This document shows positions 41,658 to 53,006 of a stretch of DNA of 64,000 nucleotides, piece by piece (the stretch's first letter is position 1; each line of letters opens with the position of its first letter). The DNA lies in assembly GCF_017348835.2 (NCBI RefSeq), contig NZ_CP071375.1. One strand, given 5' to 3'. The stretch comes from Escherichia coli (GTDB lineage Bacteria; Pseudomonadota; Gammaproteobacteria; Enterobacterales; Enterobacteriaceae). Under the pieces are notes generated by a model. The model was given only the letters and a program-made list of their open reading frames with translations. It was not told the DNA's origin and made no database searches. A program made the position numbers and the translations under genes.

Positions 41658-41882
41658 ATGAGCGCGCTATTTCTGGCTATTCCATTAACCATTTTTGTGC
41701 TGTTTGTTTTACCGATCTGGTTATGGCTGCATTACAGCAATCGTTCTGGTCGCAGTGAATTGTCGCAAAGTGAGCAGCAGCGATTAGCGCAACTGGCTGA
41801 TGAAGCAAAACGGATGCGCGAACGTATTCAGGCGCTGGAATCTATTCTTGATGCAGAACATCCGAACTGGAGGGATCGCTAA
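41658..41882 (+). CDS. pspB: phage shock protein B (74 aa)
   Basis: single TM; synteny. Confidence 0.93.
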   Translation: MSALFLAIPLTIFVLFVLPIWLWLHYSNRSGRSELSQSEQQRLAQLADEAKRMRERIQALESILDAEHPNWRDR

Positions 41883-42241
41883 TGGCGGGCATTAATCTCA
41901 ATAAAAAATTATGGCGTATTCCACAGCAGGGCATGGTCCGTGGCGTCTGCGCCGGGATTGCCAACTATTTTGATGTACCGGTAAAACTGGTGCGTATCCT
42001 GGTGGTGCTGTCGATTTTCTTCGGTCTGGCGCTGTTTACCCTGGTTGCTTACATCATTTTGTCATTTGCGCTTGATCCAATGCCGGACAACATGGCCTTT
42101 GGTGAGCAGCTACCTTCCAGCAGTGAATTGCTGGATGAAGTCGACCGTGAACTGGCGGCAAGTGAAACGCGTTTACGCGAGATGGAACGTTATGTCACTT
42201 CCGATACATTCACGTTACGTAGCCGTTTCCGTCAACTGTGA
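41882..42241 (+). CDS. pspC: phage shock protein C (119 aa)
   Basis: start overlaps pspB stop; PspC domain. Confidence 0.93.
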
Positions 42242-42249
42242 GGAAAGTT

Positions 42250-42471
42250 ATGAATACTCGCTGGCAACAGGCCGGGCAAAAGGTGAAGCCTGGTTTCAAA
42301 TTAGCAGGCAAGCTGGTACTTCTTACCGCACTGCGCTATGGCCCGGCGGGTGTGGCGGGCTGGGCGATAAAATCAGTTGCTCGCCGACCGCTGAAAATGT
42401 TGCTGGCTGTGGCGCTGGAACCGCTGTTAAGTCGGGCTGCCAATAAACTGGCACAGCGTTATAAAAGGTGA
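42250..42471 (+). CDS. pspD: phage shock protein D (73 aa from MNTRWQQ start)
   Basis: ORF track 42238..42471; shorter start chosen to match the canonical length. Confidence 0.85.
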
Positions 42472-42545
42472 GGGGAGTTTCGCAAAAATTGTTAAATCTC
42501 AGGCCTATAATGGATGGCAATTTTCATCCATAGAAGGACGCTTAC

Positions 42546-42860
42546 ATGTTTAAAAAAGGCTTACTTGCTCTGGCACTGGTGTTTTCACTGCCCGTTTTCG
42601 CCGCTGAACACTGGATCGATGTTCGTGTTCCAGAGCAGTATCAGCAAGAGCACGTTCAGGGGGCCATCAATATTCCCCTGAAGGAAGTGAAAGAGCGCAT
42701 TGCCACCGCCGTTCCGGATAAAAACGACACCGTGAAAGTGTATTGCAATGCCGGACGCCAGTCCGGGCAGGCAAAAGAGATCCTTAGCGAGATGGGATAT
42801 ACCCACGTTGAGAACGCCGGTGGCCTGAAAGACATCGCAATGCCGAAGGTCAAAGGTTAA
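42546..42860 (+). CDS. pspE: thiosulfate sulfurtransferase PspE (104 aa), rhodanese domain
   Basis: signal peptide; rhodanese active-site Cys (YCNAGRQS). Confidence 0.93.
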   Translation: MFKKGLLALALVFSLPVFAAEHWIDVRVPEQYQQEHVQGAINIPLKEVKERIATAVPDKNDTVKVYCNAGRQSGQAKEILSEMGYTHVENAGGLKDIAMPKVKG

Positions 42861-42876
42861 AAGAATTCACCATGAG

Positions 42877-42899
42877 CGGCGCTTATGCGCCGTTTTTTT
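42877..42899 (+). terminator. rho-independent terminator after pspE (CGGCGC-TTAT-GCGCCG + TTTTTTT)
   Basis: GC stem with tetraloop followed by a 7-T tract. Confidence 0.7.
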
Positions 42900-43070
42900 C
42901 TGTCACACCTTATTTACATCCCCATAGATTATTTGCGTCAGCTCACAAATACGCTTTTTCCCTGGTGAAAAATGATTTCCTGCGTGACTAAAACCCTTGT
43001 GCTCAATTGACAGTTTATTTTCTGCGGAGTAGTCTCTCGTTTCATGGGACCGCTACCACGGAAAGGCAAC

Positions 43071-44750
43071 ATGAAACAGAAAATTACGGATTACCTGGAC
43101 GAAATCTACGGTGGAACATTTACCGCAACTCATTTACAGAAACTTGTAACGCGTCTTGAGAGTGCGAAACGATTAATTACACAGCGACGTAAAAAACACT
43201 GGGATGAAAGTGACGTCGTGTTAATTACCTATGCCGATCAATTTCACAGTAATGATTTAAAACCACTACCCATATTTAATCAGTTCTACCATCAATGGCT
43301 GCAAAGCATTTTTTCACATGTTCATTTATTACCTTTTTACCCATGGTCATCTGATGATGGATTTTCGGTAATTGATTATCATCAGGTCTCCAGTGAAGCG
43401 GGGGAGTGGCAGGATATTCAGCAGCTCGGTGAATGCAGTCATTTAATGTTTGATTTTGTCTGCAACCATATGTCGGCAAAAAGTGAATGGTTTAAAAACT
43501 ATTTGCAACAGCTTCCGGGTTTTGAAGATTTCTTTATTGCGGTTGATCCGAAAACCGATCTCAGTGCCGTCACCCGTCCGCGTGCGTTACCGCTATTAAC
43601 GCCGTTTCAAATGGATGATAATTCCACGCGCCATTTATGGACCACCTTTAGCGACGATCAAATTGACCTCAATTACCGTAGCCCTGAAGTGTTGCTGGCG
43701 ATGGTGGATGTATTGCTGTGCTACCTGGAAAAGGGCGCAGAATATGTCCGTCTGGATGCCGTTGGCTTTATGTGGAAAGAGCCGGGAACAAGCTGCATCC
43801 ATCTGGAAAAAACACATCTGATTATCAAACTGTTACGGTCGATTATTGATGACATCGCGCCAGGTACGGTGATTATTACTGAGACGAATGTTCCGCATAA
43901 AGATAACATTGCTTACTTTGGCGAAGGCGATGACGAAGCGCATATGGTGTACCAGTTCTCGCTGCCGCCGCTGGTGTTACATGCGGTGCAAAAACAGAAC
44001 GTCGAGGCGCTGTGCCAGTGGGCGCAAAGTCTGAGCTTGCCCTCCGGTAAAACGACCTGGTTTAACTTCCTCGCCTCTCACGATGGCATCGGGCTGAACC
44101 CACTGCGGGGCTTGTTACCAGAAAGCGAAATATTAGCGCTGGTCGAGGCATTACAGCAGGAAGGTGCATTAGTAAACTGGAAAAATAATCCCGACGGTAC
44201 GCGCAGTCCCTATGAAATAAATGTCACCTATATGGATGCGTTAAGCCGCCGCGAGAGTAGCGATGAAGAACGTTGCGCCAGGTTTATCCTTGCCCATGCG
44301 ATTTTGTTAAGTTTCCCCGGTGTGCCAGCGATATATATTCAAAGTATTCTGGGCTCGCGTAATGATTACGCAGGTGTCGAAAAACTCGGATATAACCGTG
44401 CGATTAACCGTAAAAAATATCACAGTGAAGAGATAACACGAGAACTGAACGATGAAGCTACATTAAGGCATGCGGTATATCATGAGTTGTCGCGTTTAAT
44501 TACACTTCGTCGCAGCCATAACGAGTTTCATCCGGATAATAATTTTACCATCGATACGGTTAATTCATCCGTAATGCGTATTCAAAGAAGTAACGCTGAT
44601 GGTAATTGTCTGACTGGATTGTTTAATGTCAGTAAAAATATTCAGCATGTAAATATTACTGATCTGCATGGTCGGGATCTGATTAGTGAAGTTGATATAT
44701 TGGGTAATGAAATAACGCTGCGCCCCTGGCAGGTTATGTGGATTAAATAA
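43071..44750 (+). CDS. ycjM: GH13-family sucrose-phosphorylase-like glycoside phosphorylase YcjM (559 aa from MKQKITDY start)
   Basis: GH13_18-like sequence; first gene of ycjM-V cluster. Confidence 0.9.
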   Translation: MKQKITDYLDEIYGGTFTATHLQKLVTRLESAKRLITQRRKKHWDESDVVLITYADQFHSNDLKPLPIFNQFYHQWLQSIFSHVHLLPFYPWSSDDGFSVIDYHQVSSEAGEWQDIQQLGECSHLMFDFVCNHMSAKSEWFKNYLQQLPGFEDFFIAVDPKTDLSAVTRPRALPLLTPFQMDDNSTRHLWTTFSDDQIDLNYRSPEVLLAMVDVLLCYLEKGAEYVRLDAVGFMWKEPGTSCIHLEKTHLIIKLLRSIIDDIAPGTVIITETNVPHKDNIAYFGEGDDEAHMVYQFSLPPLVLHAVQKQNVEALCQWAQSLSLPSGKTTWFNFLASHDGIGLNPLRGLLPESEILALVEALQQEGALVNWKNNPDGTRSPYEINVTYMDALSRRESSDEERCARFILAHAILLSFPGVPAIYIQSILGSRNDYAGVEKLGYNRAINRKKYHSEEITRELNDEATLRHAVYHELSRLITLRRSHNEFHPDNNFTIDTVNSSVMRIQRSNADGNCLTGLFNVSKNIQHVNITDLHGRDLISEVDILGNEITLRPWQVMWIK

Positions 44751-44763
44751 AAAGGAACATCTC

Positions 44764-46056
44764 ATGATTAAATCAAAAATCGTGCTGTTATCAGCACTGG
44801 TTTCCTGCGCCCTGATTTCAGGCTGTAAAGAAGAAAATAAAACCCATGTATCCATCGAATTTATGCATTCTTCGGTGGAGCAGGAGCGTCAGGCAGTTAT
44901 CAGTAAATTGATTGCCCGTTTTGAAAAAGAAAACCCGGGCATCACCGTTAAACAAGTGCCAGTGGAAGAAGATGCCTATAACACCAAAGTCATCACCCTT
45001 TCACGTAGCGGCTCGCTGCCGGAAGTGATCGAAACCAGCCATGACTACGCCAAAGTTATGGACAAAGAGCAGCTTATCGATCGTAAAGCGGTTGCCACGG
45101 TCATCAGCAACGTTGGTGAAGGCGCGTTTTACGATGGCGTACTGCGTATTGTGCGCACCGAAGATGGGAGTGCCTGGACCGGTGTTCCTGTCAGCGCCTG
45201 GATTGGCGGCATCTGGTATCGCAAAGATGTGCTGGCAAAAGCCGGGCTGGAGGAGCCGAAAAACTGGCAGCAGCTGCTGGACGTTGCACAGAAACTGAAT
45301 GACCCGGCGAATAAAAAATACGGTATTGCGCTGCCTACAGCAGAAAGCGTGTTGACGGAACAATCCTTCTCCCAGTTTGCGTTATCCAACCAGGCCAACG
45401 TCTTTAACTCTGAAGGCAAAATCACCCTTGATACACCAGAGATGATGCAGGCGCTGACTTATTACCGCGACCTTGCCGCCAACACCATGCCGGGTTCTAA
45501 CGATATCATGGAAGTGAAAGACGCCTTTATGAACGGCACCGCGCCGATGGCGATTTACTCCACCTATATCCTTCCGGCTGTAATTAAAGAAGGCGACCCG
45601 AAAAACGTCGGTTTCGTGGTGCCAACCGAGAAAAACTCTGCGGTCTACGGCATGTTGACCTCGCTGACTATTACCGCCGGGCAAAAGACCGAAGAGACGG
45701 AAGCGGCGGAAAAATTTGTCACCTTTATGGAACAGGCGGACAACATTGCCGACTGGGTGATGATGTCGCCAGGCGCGGCGCTGCCAGTGAACAAAGCGGT
45801 GGTGACTACCGCCACCTGGAAAGACAACGACGTTATTAAGGCGCTGGGTGAACTACCGAATCAGCTAATCGGTGAACTGCCTAATATTCAGGTCTTTGGC
45901 GCAGTAGGGGATAAAAACTTTACCCGCATGGGCGATGTGACGGGTTCTGGTGTGGTGAGCTCCATGGTGCATAACGTCACCGTGGGTAAAGCCGATCTCC
46001 CTGGCACGCTACAAGCGAGCCAGAAAAAGTTGGATGAACTGATCGAACAGCACTAA
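44764..46056 (+). CDS. ycjN: ABC sugar transporter periplasmic binding protein YcjN (430 aa)
   Basis: signal peptide with lipobox-like LISGC; family 1 SBP. Confidence 0.9.
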   Translation: MIKSKIVLLSALVSCALISGCKEENKTHVSIEFMHSSVEQERQAVISKLIARFEKENPGITVKQVPVEEDAYNTKVITLSRSGSLPEVIETSHDYAKVMDKEQLIDRKAVATVISNVGEGAFYDGVLRIVRTEDGSAWTGVPVSAWIGGIWYRKDVLAKAGLEEPKNWQQLLDVAQKLNDPANKKYGIALPTAESVLTEQSFSQFALSNQANVFNSEGKITLDTPEMMQALTYYRDLAANTMPGSNDIMEVKDAFMNGTAPMAIYSTYILPAVIKEGDPKNVGFVVPTEKNSAVYGMLTSLTITAGQKTEETEAAEKFVTFMEQADNIADWVMMSPGAALPVNKAVVTTATWKDNDVIKALGELPNQLIGELPNIQVFGAVGDKNFTRMGDVTGSGVVSSMVHNVTVGKADLPGTLQASQKKLDELIEQH

Positions 46057-46076
46057 ACCCAGGACAGGAATCCGCA

Positions 46077-46958
46077 ATGAACAGGCTTTTTTCAGGTCGT
46101 TCCGATATGCCGTTTGCGCTGCTGCTTCTCGCGCCCAGCTTATTACTGCTGGGCGGTCTGGTGGCGTGGCCGATGGTGTCGAATATCGAAATCAGTTTTT
46201 TACGTCTGCCGCTCAATCCCAACATCGAGTCAACGTTTGTTGGGGTGAGTAACTATGTGCGCATTCTCTCCGATCCCGGCTTCTGGCACTCGCTGTGGAT
46301 GACGGTCTGGTATACGGCGCTGGTGGTGGCGGGCAGCACCGTGCTCGGGCTGGCCGTGGCGATGTTTTTCAACCGCGAGTTCCGCCTGCGCAAAACCGCG
46401 CGTTCGCTGGTGATCCTCTCCTACGTAACGCCGTCCATTTCGCTGGTGTTTGCCTGGAAATACATGTTCAACAACGGCTACGGCATTGTGAACTACCTCG
46501 GCGTCGATCTTCTGCATCTCTATGAGCAGGCACCGCTGTGGTTCGATAATCCGGGCAGTAGCTTTGTGCTGGTGGTGCTGTTCGCCATCTGGCGCTACTT
46601 CCCGTATGCCTTTATCTCGTTTCTGGCGATTTTGCAGACCATCGACAAATCGCTGTACGAAGCGGCAGAGATGGATGGCGCTAATGCCTGGCAGCGGTTT
46701 CGCATCGTCACGCTGCCCGCAATTATGCCGGTCCTGGCGACGGTGGTGACTCTGCGCACCATCTGGATGTTTTACATGTTCGCTGATGTTTATCTGCTGA
46801 CAACCAAGGTCGATATTCTCGGTGTCTATCTCTACAAAACCGCCTTTGCCTTTAATGACTTAGGGAAAGCGGCGGCGATCTCGGTGGTGCTCTTCATCAT
46901 TATTTTCGCTGTCATTCTGCTGACCAGGAAACGGGTGAACCTCAATGGCAACAAATAA
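46077..46958 (+). CDS. ycjO: ABC sugar transporter permease YcjO (293 aa)
   Basis: MalF/G-type permease with EAA loop. Confidence 0.9.
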   Translation: MNRLFSGRSDMPFALLLLAPSLLLLGGLVAWPMVSNIEISFLRLPLNPNIESTFVGVSNYVRILSDPGFWHSLWMTVWYTALVVAGSTVLGLAVAMFFNREFRLRKTARSLVILSYVTPSISLVFAWKYMFNNGYGIVNYLGVDLLHLYEQAPLWFDNPGSSFVLVVLFAIWRYFPYAFISFLAILQTIDKSLYEAAEMDGANAWQRFRIVTLPAIMPVLATVVTLRTIWMFYMFADVYLLTTKVDILGVYLYKTAFAFNDLGKAAAISVVLFIIIFAVILLTRKRVNLNGNK

Positions 46959-47787
46959 ACGCACACTCAGTCGTATCGGATTTTACTGCGGGCTGGCGCT
47001 GTTTCTCATCATCACGCTGTTTCCGTTTTTTGTGATGCTGATGACCTCGTTCAAGAGCGCAAAAGAGGCGATCTCGCTGCATCCTACGCTGCTGCCGCAA
47101 CAGTGGACGCTGGAGCATTACGTCGACATTTTTAACCCGGTGATATTCCCGTTTGTCGACTATTTCCGTAACAGCATGGTGGTGTCGGTAGTTTCATCCG
47201 TGGTGGCGGTATTTCTCGGCATTCTCGGGGCTTACGCGCTTTCCCGCCTGCGCTTTAAAGGGCGGATGACCATCAACGCCAGCTTTTACACGGTATACAT
47301 GTTCTCCGGCATTTTGCTGGTGGTGCCGCTGTTCAAAATCATCACCGCGCTTGGCATTTACGACACCGAGATGGCGCTGATCATTACCATGGTGACGCAA
47401 ACCCTGCCCACCGCCGTGTTTATGCTGAAAAGCTACTTCGACACCATCCCTGATGAGATCGAAGAAGCGGCGATGATGGATGGCCTCAACCGTCTGCAAA
47501 TTATCTTCCGTATCACCGTGCCCCTGGCGATGTCCGGGCTGATATCGGTGTTCGTCTACTGCTTTATGGTGGCGTGGAACGACTATCTGTTTGCGTCGAT
47601 TTTCCTCTCCAGCGCCAGCAATTTCACCTTACCAGTGGGCCTGAACGCGCTGTTCAGTACGCCTGATTACATCTGGGGACGCATGATGGCGGCCTCGCTG
47701 GTGACCGCATTGCCGGTGGTGATTATGTATGCGCTTTCGGAACGTTTTATTAAGAGTGGTTTGACCGCCGGTGGCGTGAAGGGCTAA
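46945..47787 (+). CDS. ycjP: ABC sugar transporter permease YcjP (280 aa)
   Basis: permease with EAA motif (EEAAMMDG); overlaps ycjO. Confidence 0.9.
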   Translation: MATNKRTLSRIGFYCGLALFLIITLFPFFVMLMTSFKSAKEAISLHPTLLPQQWTLEHYVDIFNPVIFPFVDYFRNSMVVSVVSSVVAVFLGILGAYALSRLRFKGRMTINASFYTVYMFSGILLVVPLFKIITALGIYDTEMALIITMVTQTLPTAVFMLKSYFDTIPDEIEEAAMMDGLNRLQIIFRITVPLAMSGLISVFVYCFMVAWNDYLFASIFLSSASNFTLPVGLNALFSTPDYIWGRMMAASLVTALPVVIMYALSERFIKSGLTAGGVKG

Positions 47788-47817
47788 AGCGGCCAGTTTA
47801 TTGACAAGGAGTTTTAA

Positions 47818-48813
47818 ATGAAAAAGTTAGTAGCCACGGCACCGCGCGTAGCGGCGCTGGTTGAGTATGAAGACAGGGCGATTTTAGCCAATGAAGTGAA
47901 GATCCGCGTGCGTTTCGGCGCGCCGAAGCACGGGACGGAAGTGGTCGATTTCCGCGCCGCCAGCCCGTTTATCGATGAAGACTTTAACGGTGAATGGCAG
48001 ATGTTCACCCCGCGCCCGGCAGATGCGCCGCGCGGCATTGAGTTTGGCAAATTCCAGCTTGGCAACATGGTGGTTGGCGACATTATCGAATGCGGCAGCG
48101 CCGTTACCGATTACGCGGTGGGCGACAGCGTATGCGGCTACGGCCCGCTTTCCGAAACGGTCATCATTAACGCGGTGAATAACTACAAGCTGCGCAAAAT
48201 GCCGAAAGGCAGTTCGTGGAAAAACGCCGTCTGCTACGACCCGGCGCAGTTTGCCATGAGCGGCGTGCGCGATGCCAACGTGCGCGTAGGGGATTTTGTG
48301 GTGGTGGTAGGGCTTGGCGCGATTGGTCAAATTGCCATCCAACTGGCGAAACGCGCTGGCGCGTCTGTGGTGATTGGCGTCGATCCTATCGCCCATCGCT
48401 GTGATATTGCCCGTCGCCACGGCGCGGATTTCTGCCTTAACCCCATCGGCACTGACGTAGGGAAAGAGATCAAAACGCTGACCGGCAAGCAGGGTGCCGA
48501 TGTGATTATCGAAACCAGCGGCTACGCCGACGCGCTGCAATCGGCACTGCGCGGCCTGGCTTACGGCGGCACCATCTCCTATGTCGCGTTTGCCAAACCG
48601 TTTGCCGAAGGTTTCAACCTCGGACGCGAAGCGCATTTCAATAACGCCAAAATTGTCTTCTCCCGCGCGTGCAGCGAACCGAACCCGGATTATCCGCGCT
48701 GGAGCCGTAAGCGTATTGAAGAAACCTGCTGGGAACTGCTGATGAACGGTTATCTCAATTGTGAAGATTTAATCGACCCGGTGGTGACCTTTGCTAACAG
48801 CCCGGAAAGCTAA
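47818..48813 (+). CDS. ycjQ: zinc-dependent MDR-family dehydrogenase YcjQ (331 aa as read here)
   Basis: AAGGAG RBS; Rossmann motif VVVGLGAIGQ; I remember K-12 listing a longer product, so the start is uncertain. Confidence 0.85.
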   Translation: MKKLVATAPRVAALVEYEDRAILANEVKIRVRFGAPKHGTEVVDFRAASPFIDEDFNGEWQMFTPRPADAPRGIEFGKFQLGNMVVGDIIECGSAVTDYAVGDSVCGYGPLSETVIINAVNNYKLRKMPKGSSWKNAVCYDPAQFAMSGVRDANVRVGDFVVVVGLGAIGQIAIQLAKRAGASVVIGVDPIAHRCDIARRHGADFCLNPIGTDVGKEIKTLTGKQGADVIIETSGYADALQSALRGLAYGGTISYVAFAKPFAEGFNLGREAHFNNAKIVFSRACSEPNPDYPRWSRKRIEETCWELLMNGYLNCEDLIDPVVTFANSPES

Positions 48814-48888
48814 ATGCAGTACGTTGACCAGCATCCGGAACAGAGCATCAAAATGGGCGTTACGTTTTAATTCAAAGGAATGAAAAAA

Positions 48889-49677
48889 ATGAAAATCGGC
48901 ACACAGAATCAGGCGTTCTTTCCGGAAAACATTCTAGAGAAATTTCGTTATATCAAAGAGATGGGCTTCGATGGTTTTGAAATCGACGGCAAACTGCTGG
49001 TCAACAACATCGAAGAAGTGAAAGCGGCGATCAAAGAAACTGGTTTACCGGTGACCACCGCCTGCGGTGGCTATAACGGCTGGATTGGCGACTTTATCGA
49101 AGAGCGTCGTCTTAATGGCTTAAAGCAGATAGAGCGCATTCTCGAAGCGCTGGCAGAAGTGGGCGGTAAAGGTATCGTCGTTCCGGCAGCGTGGGGCATG
49201 TTTACCTTCCGCTTACCGCCGATGACTTCACCGCGCAGCCTGGACGGCGACCGTAAAATGGTGAGCGATTCCCTGCGCGTACTGGAACAGGTAGCCGCGC
49301 GTACCGGAACCGTGGTGTATCTCGAACCGTTAAACCGTTATCAGGATCACATGATCAACACCCTCGCCGATGCCCGCCGTTACATCGTCGAAAACGATCT
49401 TAAACATGTGCAGATTATCGGCGATTTCTATCACATGAATATCGAAGAAGATAACCTGGCGCAGGCGCTGCATGACAACCGCGACCTGCTCGGTCATGTG
49501 CATATTGCCGATAACCATCGTTATCAGCCGGGCAGCGGCACCCTGGATTTCCACGCGCTGTTTGAACAACTGCGCGCCGATAATTATCAGGGCTATGTGG
49601 TGTATGAAGGGCGCATTCGGGCAGAAGATCCTGCCCAGGCGTACCGTGATTCTTTGGCCTGGTTGCGTACCTGCTAA
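48889..49677 (+). CDS. ycjR: sugar-phosphate isomerase/epimerase (TIM barrel) YcjR (262 aa from MKIGTQ start)
   Basis: xylose-isomerase-like TIM barrel sequence. Confidence 0.88.
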   Translation: MKIGTQNQAFFPENILEKFRYIKEMGFDGFEIDGKLLVNNIEEVKAAIKETGLPVTTACGGYNGWIGDFIEERRLNGLKQIERILEALAEVGGKGIVVPAAWGMFTFRLPPMTSPRSLDGDRKMVSDSLRVLEQVAARTGTVVYLEPLNRYQDHMINTLADARRYIVENDLKHVQIIGDFYHMNIEEDNLAQALHDNRDLLGHVHIADNHRYQPGSGTLDFHALFEQLRADNYQGYVVYEGRIRAEDPAQAYRDSLAWLRTC

Positions 49678-49686
49678 GAGGTCTTT

Positions 49687-50742
49687 GTGAAAAGTGCAAT
49701 GACAAGCTCTCCGCTGCGGGTCGCGATCATAGGCGCGGGCCAGGTGGCGGATAAAGTTCATGCTTCGTACTACTGCACCCGCAACGATCTGGAACTGGTG
49801 GCTGTCTGTGACAGCCGCCTTTCCCAGGCGCAGGCGCTGGCAGATAAATACGGTAATGCATCCGTGTGGGACGATCCGCAGGCCATGCTGCTGGCGGTGA
49901 AACCTGACGTGGTTAGCGTCTGCTCACCTAACCGTTTTCATTACGAACATACCCTGATGGCACTGGAAGCGGGCTGCCATGTGATGTGCGAAAAACCGCC
50001 CGCCATGACGCCAGAACAGGCGCGGGAAATGTGCGATATCGCGCGCAAACAGGGCAAGGTGCTGGCCTACGACTTTCACCATCGTTTTGCGCTCGATACG
50101 CAACAGCTGCGTGAACAGGTGACCAACGGCGTTTTGGGAGAGATTTACGTTACCACCGCCCGCGCCCTGCGTCGCTGCGGCGTTCCCGGCTGGGGTGTCT
50201 TTACCAATAAAGAACTGCAGGGTGGTGGCCCGCTGATCGACATCGGCATTCATATGCTGGATGCTGCAATGTATGTGCTGGGCTTTCCGGCGGTGAAAAG
50301 CGTGAATGCGCATAGTTTTCAAAAGATCGGCACGCAAAAGAGCTGTGGTCAATTTGGCGAGTGGGATCCGGCAACTTACAGCGTCGAAGATTCGCTGTTT
50401 GGCACCATTGAATTTCATAACGGCGGCATTCTGTGGCTGGAAACGTCATTTGCACTCAACATCCGCGAACAGTCGATTATGAACGTCAGCTTTTGCGGTG
50501 ATAAAGCCGGTGCGACGCTGTTTCCAGCACATATCTACACCGATAACAACGGTGAATTAATGACGCTGATGCAACGGGAAATGGCAGACGACAACCGCCA
50601 TTTGCGCAGCATGGAAGCCTTTATCAATCACGTACAGGGCAAGCCCGTGATGATAGCCGATGCCGAGCAGGGGTACATCATCCAGCAACTGGTGGCGGCG
50701 TTGTATCAATCCGCAGAAACAGGGACGCGTGTGGAATTATGA
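49687..50742 (+). CDS. ycjS: Gfo/Idh/MocA-family NAD(P)-dependent oxidoreductase YcjS (351 aa), GTG start
   Basis: N-terminal Rossmann fold (RVAIIGAGQVA). Confidence 0.88.
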   Translation: MKSAMTSSPLRVAIIGAGQVADKVHASYYCTRNDLELVAVCDSRLSQAQALADKYGNASVWDDPQAMLLAVKPDVVSVCSPNRFHYEHTLMALEAGCHVMCEKPPAMTPEQAREMCDIARKQGKVLAYDFHHRFALDTQQLREQVTNGVLGEIYVTTARALRRCGVPGWGVFTNKELQGGGPLIDIGIHMLDAAMYVLGFPAVKSVNAHSFQKIGTQKSCGQFGEWDPATYSVEDSLFGTIEFHNGGILWLETSFALNIREQSIMNVSFCGDKAGATLFPAHIYTDNNGELMTLMQREMADDNRHLRSMEAFINHVQGKPVMIADAEQGYIIQQLVAALYQSAETGTRVEL

Positions 50743-53006
50743 CCAGGCCAGTAACGTTATCAGAACCCCATTTCAGCCAGCATACCCTGAACAAGTATGC
50801 ATCACTGATGGCGCAGGGGAACGGCTATCTTGGGCTTCGCGCCAGCCATGAAGAAGATTACACGCGCCAGACGCGCGGCATGTATCTGGCGGGGCTGTAT
50901 CATCGGGCGGGTAAAGGTGAAATCAACGAACTGGTGAACCTGCCCGATGTGGTGGGGATGGAGATTGCCATAAATGGTGAGGTTTTCTCATTATCCCGCG
51001 AAGCCTGGCAGCGTGAGCTTGACTTTGCCAGTGGCGAATTACGCCGCAGCGTTGTCTGGCGTACCAGCAACGGCACAGGTTACACCATCGCCAGCCGTCG
51101 CTTTGTTTCGGCAGACCAACTGCCGCTCATTGCGCTGGAAATCACTATTACTCCACTGGACGCCGACGCGTCAGTGCTGATTTCAACAGGCATTGACGCC
51201 ACGCAAACCAATCACGGTCGCCAACATTTCGACGAAACCCAGGTGCGGGTGTTTGGTCAGCATCTGATGCAGGGGATCTACACCACCCAGGATGGACGCA
51301 GTGATGTGGCCATCAGCTGTTGCTGTAAGGTGAGCGGTGATGTGCAGCAATGCTATACCGCCAAAGAGCGCCGTTTGCTGCAACATACCAGCGCGCAACT
51401 TCACGCAGGCGAAACGCTGACGCTGCAAAAACTGGTGTGGATCGACTGGCGGGATGACAGGCAAGCTGCTTTAGACGAGTGGGGCAGTGCGTCGCTTCGC
51501 CAGCTTGAAATGTGTGCGCAGCAGAGTTACGACCAACTTCTTGCAGCATCAACAGAAAACTGGCGTCAGTGGTGGCAGAAACGTCGTATCACGGTAAACG
51601 GCGGCGATGCGCACGATCAGCAAGCGTTAGATTATGCGCTTTATCATCTGCGCATCATGACGCCTGCTCACGACGAGCGCAGCAGTATTGCGGCAAAAGG
51701 CTTAACCGGAGAAGGCTACAAAGGCCACGTTTTCTGGGATACAGAAGTATTTTTGCTACCGTTTCATCTGTTTAGCGATCCGACGGTTGCCCGAAGTTTA
51801 CTGCGTTATCGCTGGCACAACTTGCCAGGCGCGCAGGAGAAAGCGCGACGCAACGGCTGGCAGGGCGCGCTATTTCCGTGGGAGAGCGCACGCAGTGGTG
51901 AAGAAGAGACGCCGGAATTTGCCGCCATTAACATTCGCACCGGGCTGCGGCAAAAAGTGGCCTCGGCGCAGGCTGAACATCATCTGGTCGCCGATATCGC
52001 CTGGGCGGTTATTCAATACTGGCAGACAACGGGGGATGAAAGTTTCATTGCTCATGAAGGCATAGCGCTACTTCTGGAGAGCGCAAAGTTCTGGATTAGC
52101 CGCGCGGTAAGGGTTAACGACCGTCTGGAAATTCATGATGTTATTGGGCCAGACGAATATACCGAACATGTCAATAATAACGCCTTCACCAGCTATATGG
52201 CGTATTACAACGTCCAGCAGGCGCTGAACATCGCTCGTCAATTTGGCTGTAGCGACGTTGCGTTTATCCATCGCGCCGAAATGTTCCTCAAAGAGTTGTG
52301 GCTGCCAGAAACTCAGCCCGACGGCGTTTTGCCGCAGGATGATTCGTTTATGGCTAAGCCGGCGATTAATCTGGCGAAATACAAAGCGGCGGCGGGGAAG
52401 CAAACCATTCTGCTGGATTATTCACGCGCAGAAGTGAACGAGATGCAGATCCTCAAACAAGCTGATGTGGTGATGCTCAATTACATGCTGCCGGAGCAGT
52501 TCTCAGCGGCATCGTGTCTTGCCAATCTGCAATTTTATGAACCGCGCACTATTCACGACTCGTCATTAAGTAAAGCAATCCACGGCATTGTTGCCGCACG
52601 CTGTGGCCTGCTGACCCAAAGTTATCAGTTCTGGCGCGAGGGGACTGAAATCGATCTTGGTGCTGATCCGCATAGTTGTGATGATGGTATCCATGCTGCC
52701 GCAACTGGCGCTATCTGGCTGGGGGCGATTCAGGGTTTTGCCGGGGTGAGCGTGCGTGACGGTGAATTGCATCTAAATCCGGCGTTACCTGAGCAGTGGC
52801 AACAGTTGTCTTTCCCTCTGTTCTGGCAGGGCTGCGAATTACAGGTCACGCTCGACGCGCAGCGTATTGCGATTCGAACTTCTGCGCCCGTTTCACTGCG
52901 TTTGAACGGCCAGCTTATATCCGTGGCTGAAAAATCTGTTTTCTGTTTGGGTGATTATATTTTGCCCTTCAATGGGACCGCTACCACGCATCAGGAGGAT
53001 GAATGA
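50739..53006 (+). CDS. ycjT: GH65-family glycoside phosphorylase (kojibiose phosphorylase-like) YcjT (755 aa)
   Basis: GH65 sequence; overlaps ycjS and ycjU by 4 nt. Confidence 0.9.
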   Translation: MTRPVTLSEPHFSQHTLNKYASLMAQGNGYLGLRASHEEDYTRQTRGMYLAGLYHRAGKGEINELVNLPDVVGMEIAINGEVFSLSREAWQRELDFASGELRRSVVWRTSNGTGYTIASRRFVSADQLPLIALEITITPLDADASVLISTGIDATQTNHGRQHFDETQVRVFGQHLMQGIYTTQDGRSDVAISCCCKVSGDVQQCYTAKERRLLQHTSAQLHAGETLTLQKLVWIDWRDDRQAALDEWGSASLRQLEMCAQQSYDQLLAASTENWRQWWQKRRITVNGGDAHDQQALDYALYHLRIMTPAHDERSSIAAKGLTGEGYKGHVFWDTEVFLLPFHLFSDPTVARSLLRYRWHNLPGAQEKARRNGWQGALFPWESARSGEEETPEFAAINIRTGLRQKVASAQAEHHLVADIAWAVIQYWQTTGDESFIAHEGIALLLESAKFWISRAVRVNDRLEIHDVIGPDEYTEHVNNNAFTSYMAYYNVQQALNIARQFGCSDVAFIHRAEMFLKELWLPETQPDGVLPQDDSFMAKPAINLAKYKAAAGKQTILLDYSRAEVNEMQILKQADVVMLNYMLPEQFSAASCLANLQFYEPRTIHDSSLSKAIHGIVAARCGLLTQSYQFWREGTEIDLGADPHSCDDGIHAAATGAIWLGAIQGFAGVSVRDGELHLNPALPEQWQQLSFPLFWQGCELQVTLDAQRIAIRTSAPVSLRLNGQLISVAEKSVFCLGDYILPFNGTATTHQEDE

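Noticed and set aside
42045-42446. 133-aa plus-strand ORF spanning pspC/pspD in another frame
   Set aside because: Out-of-frame overlap with two recognised genes; no independent start context.
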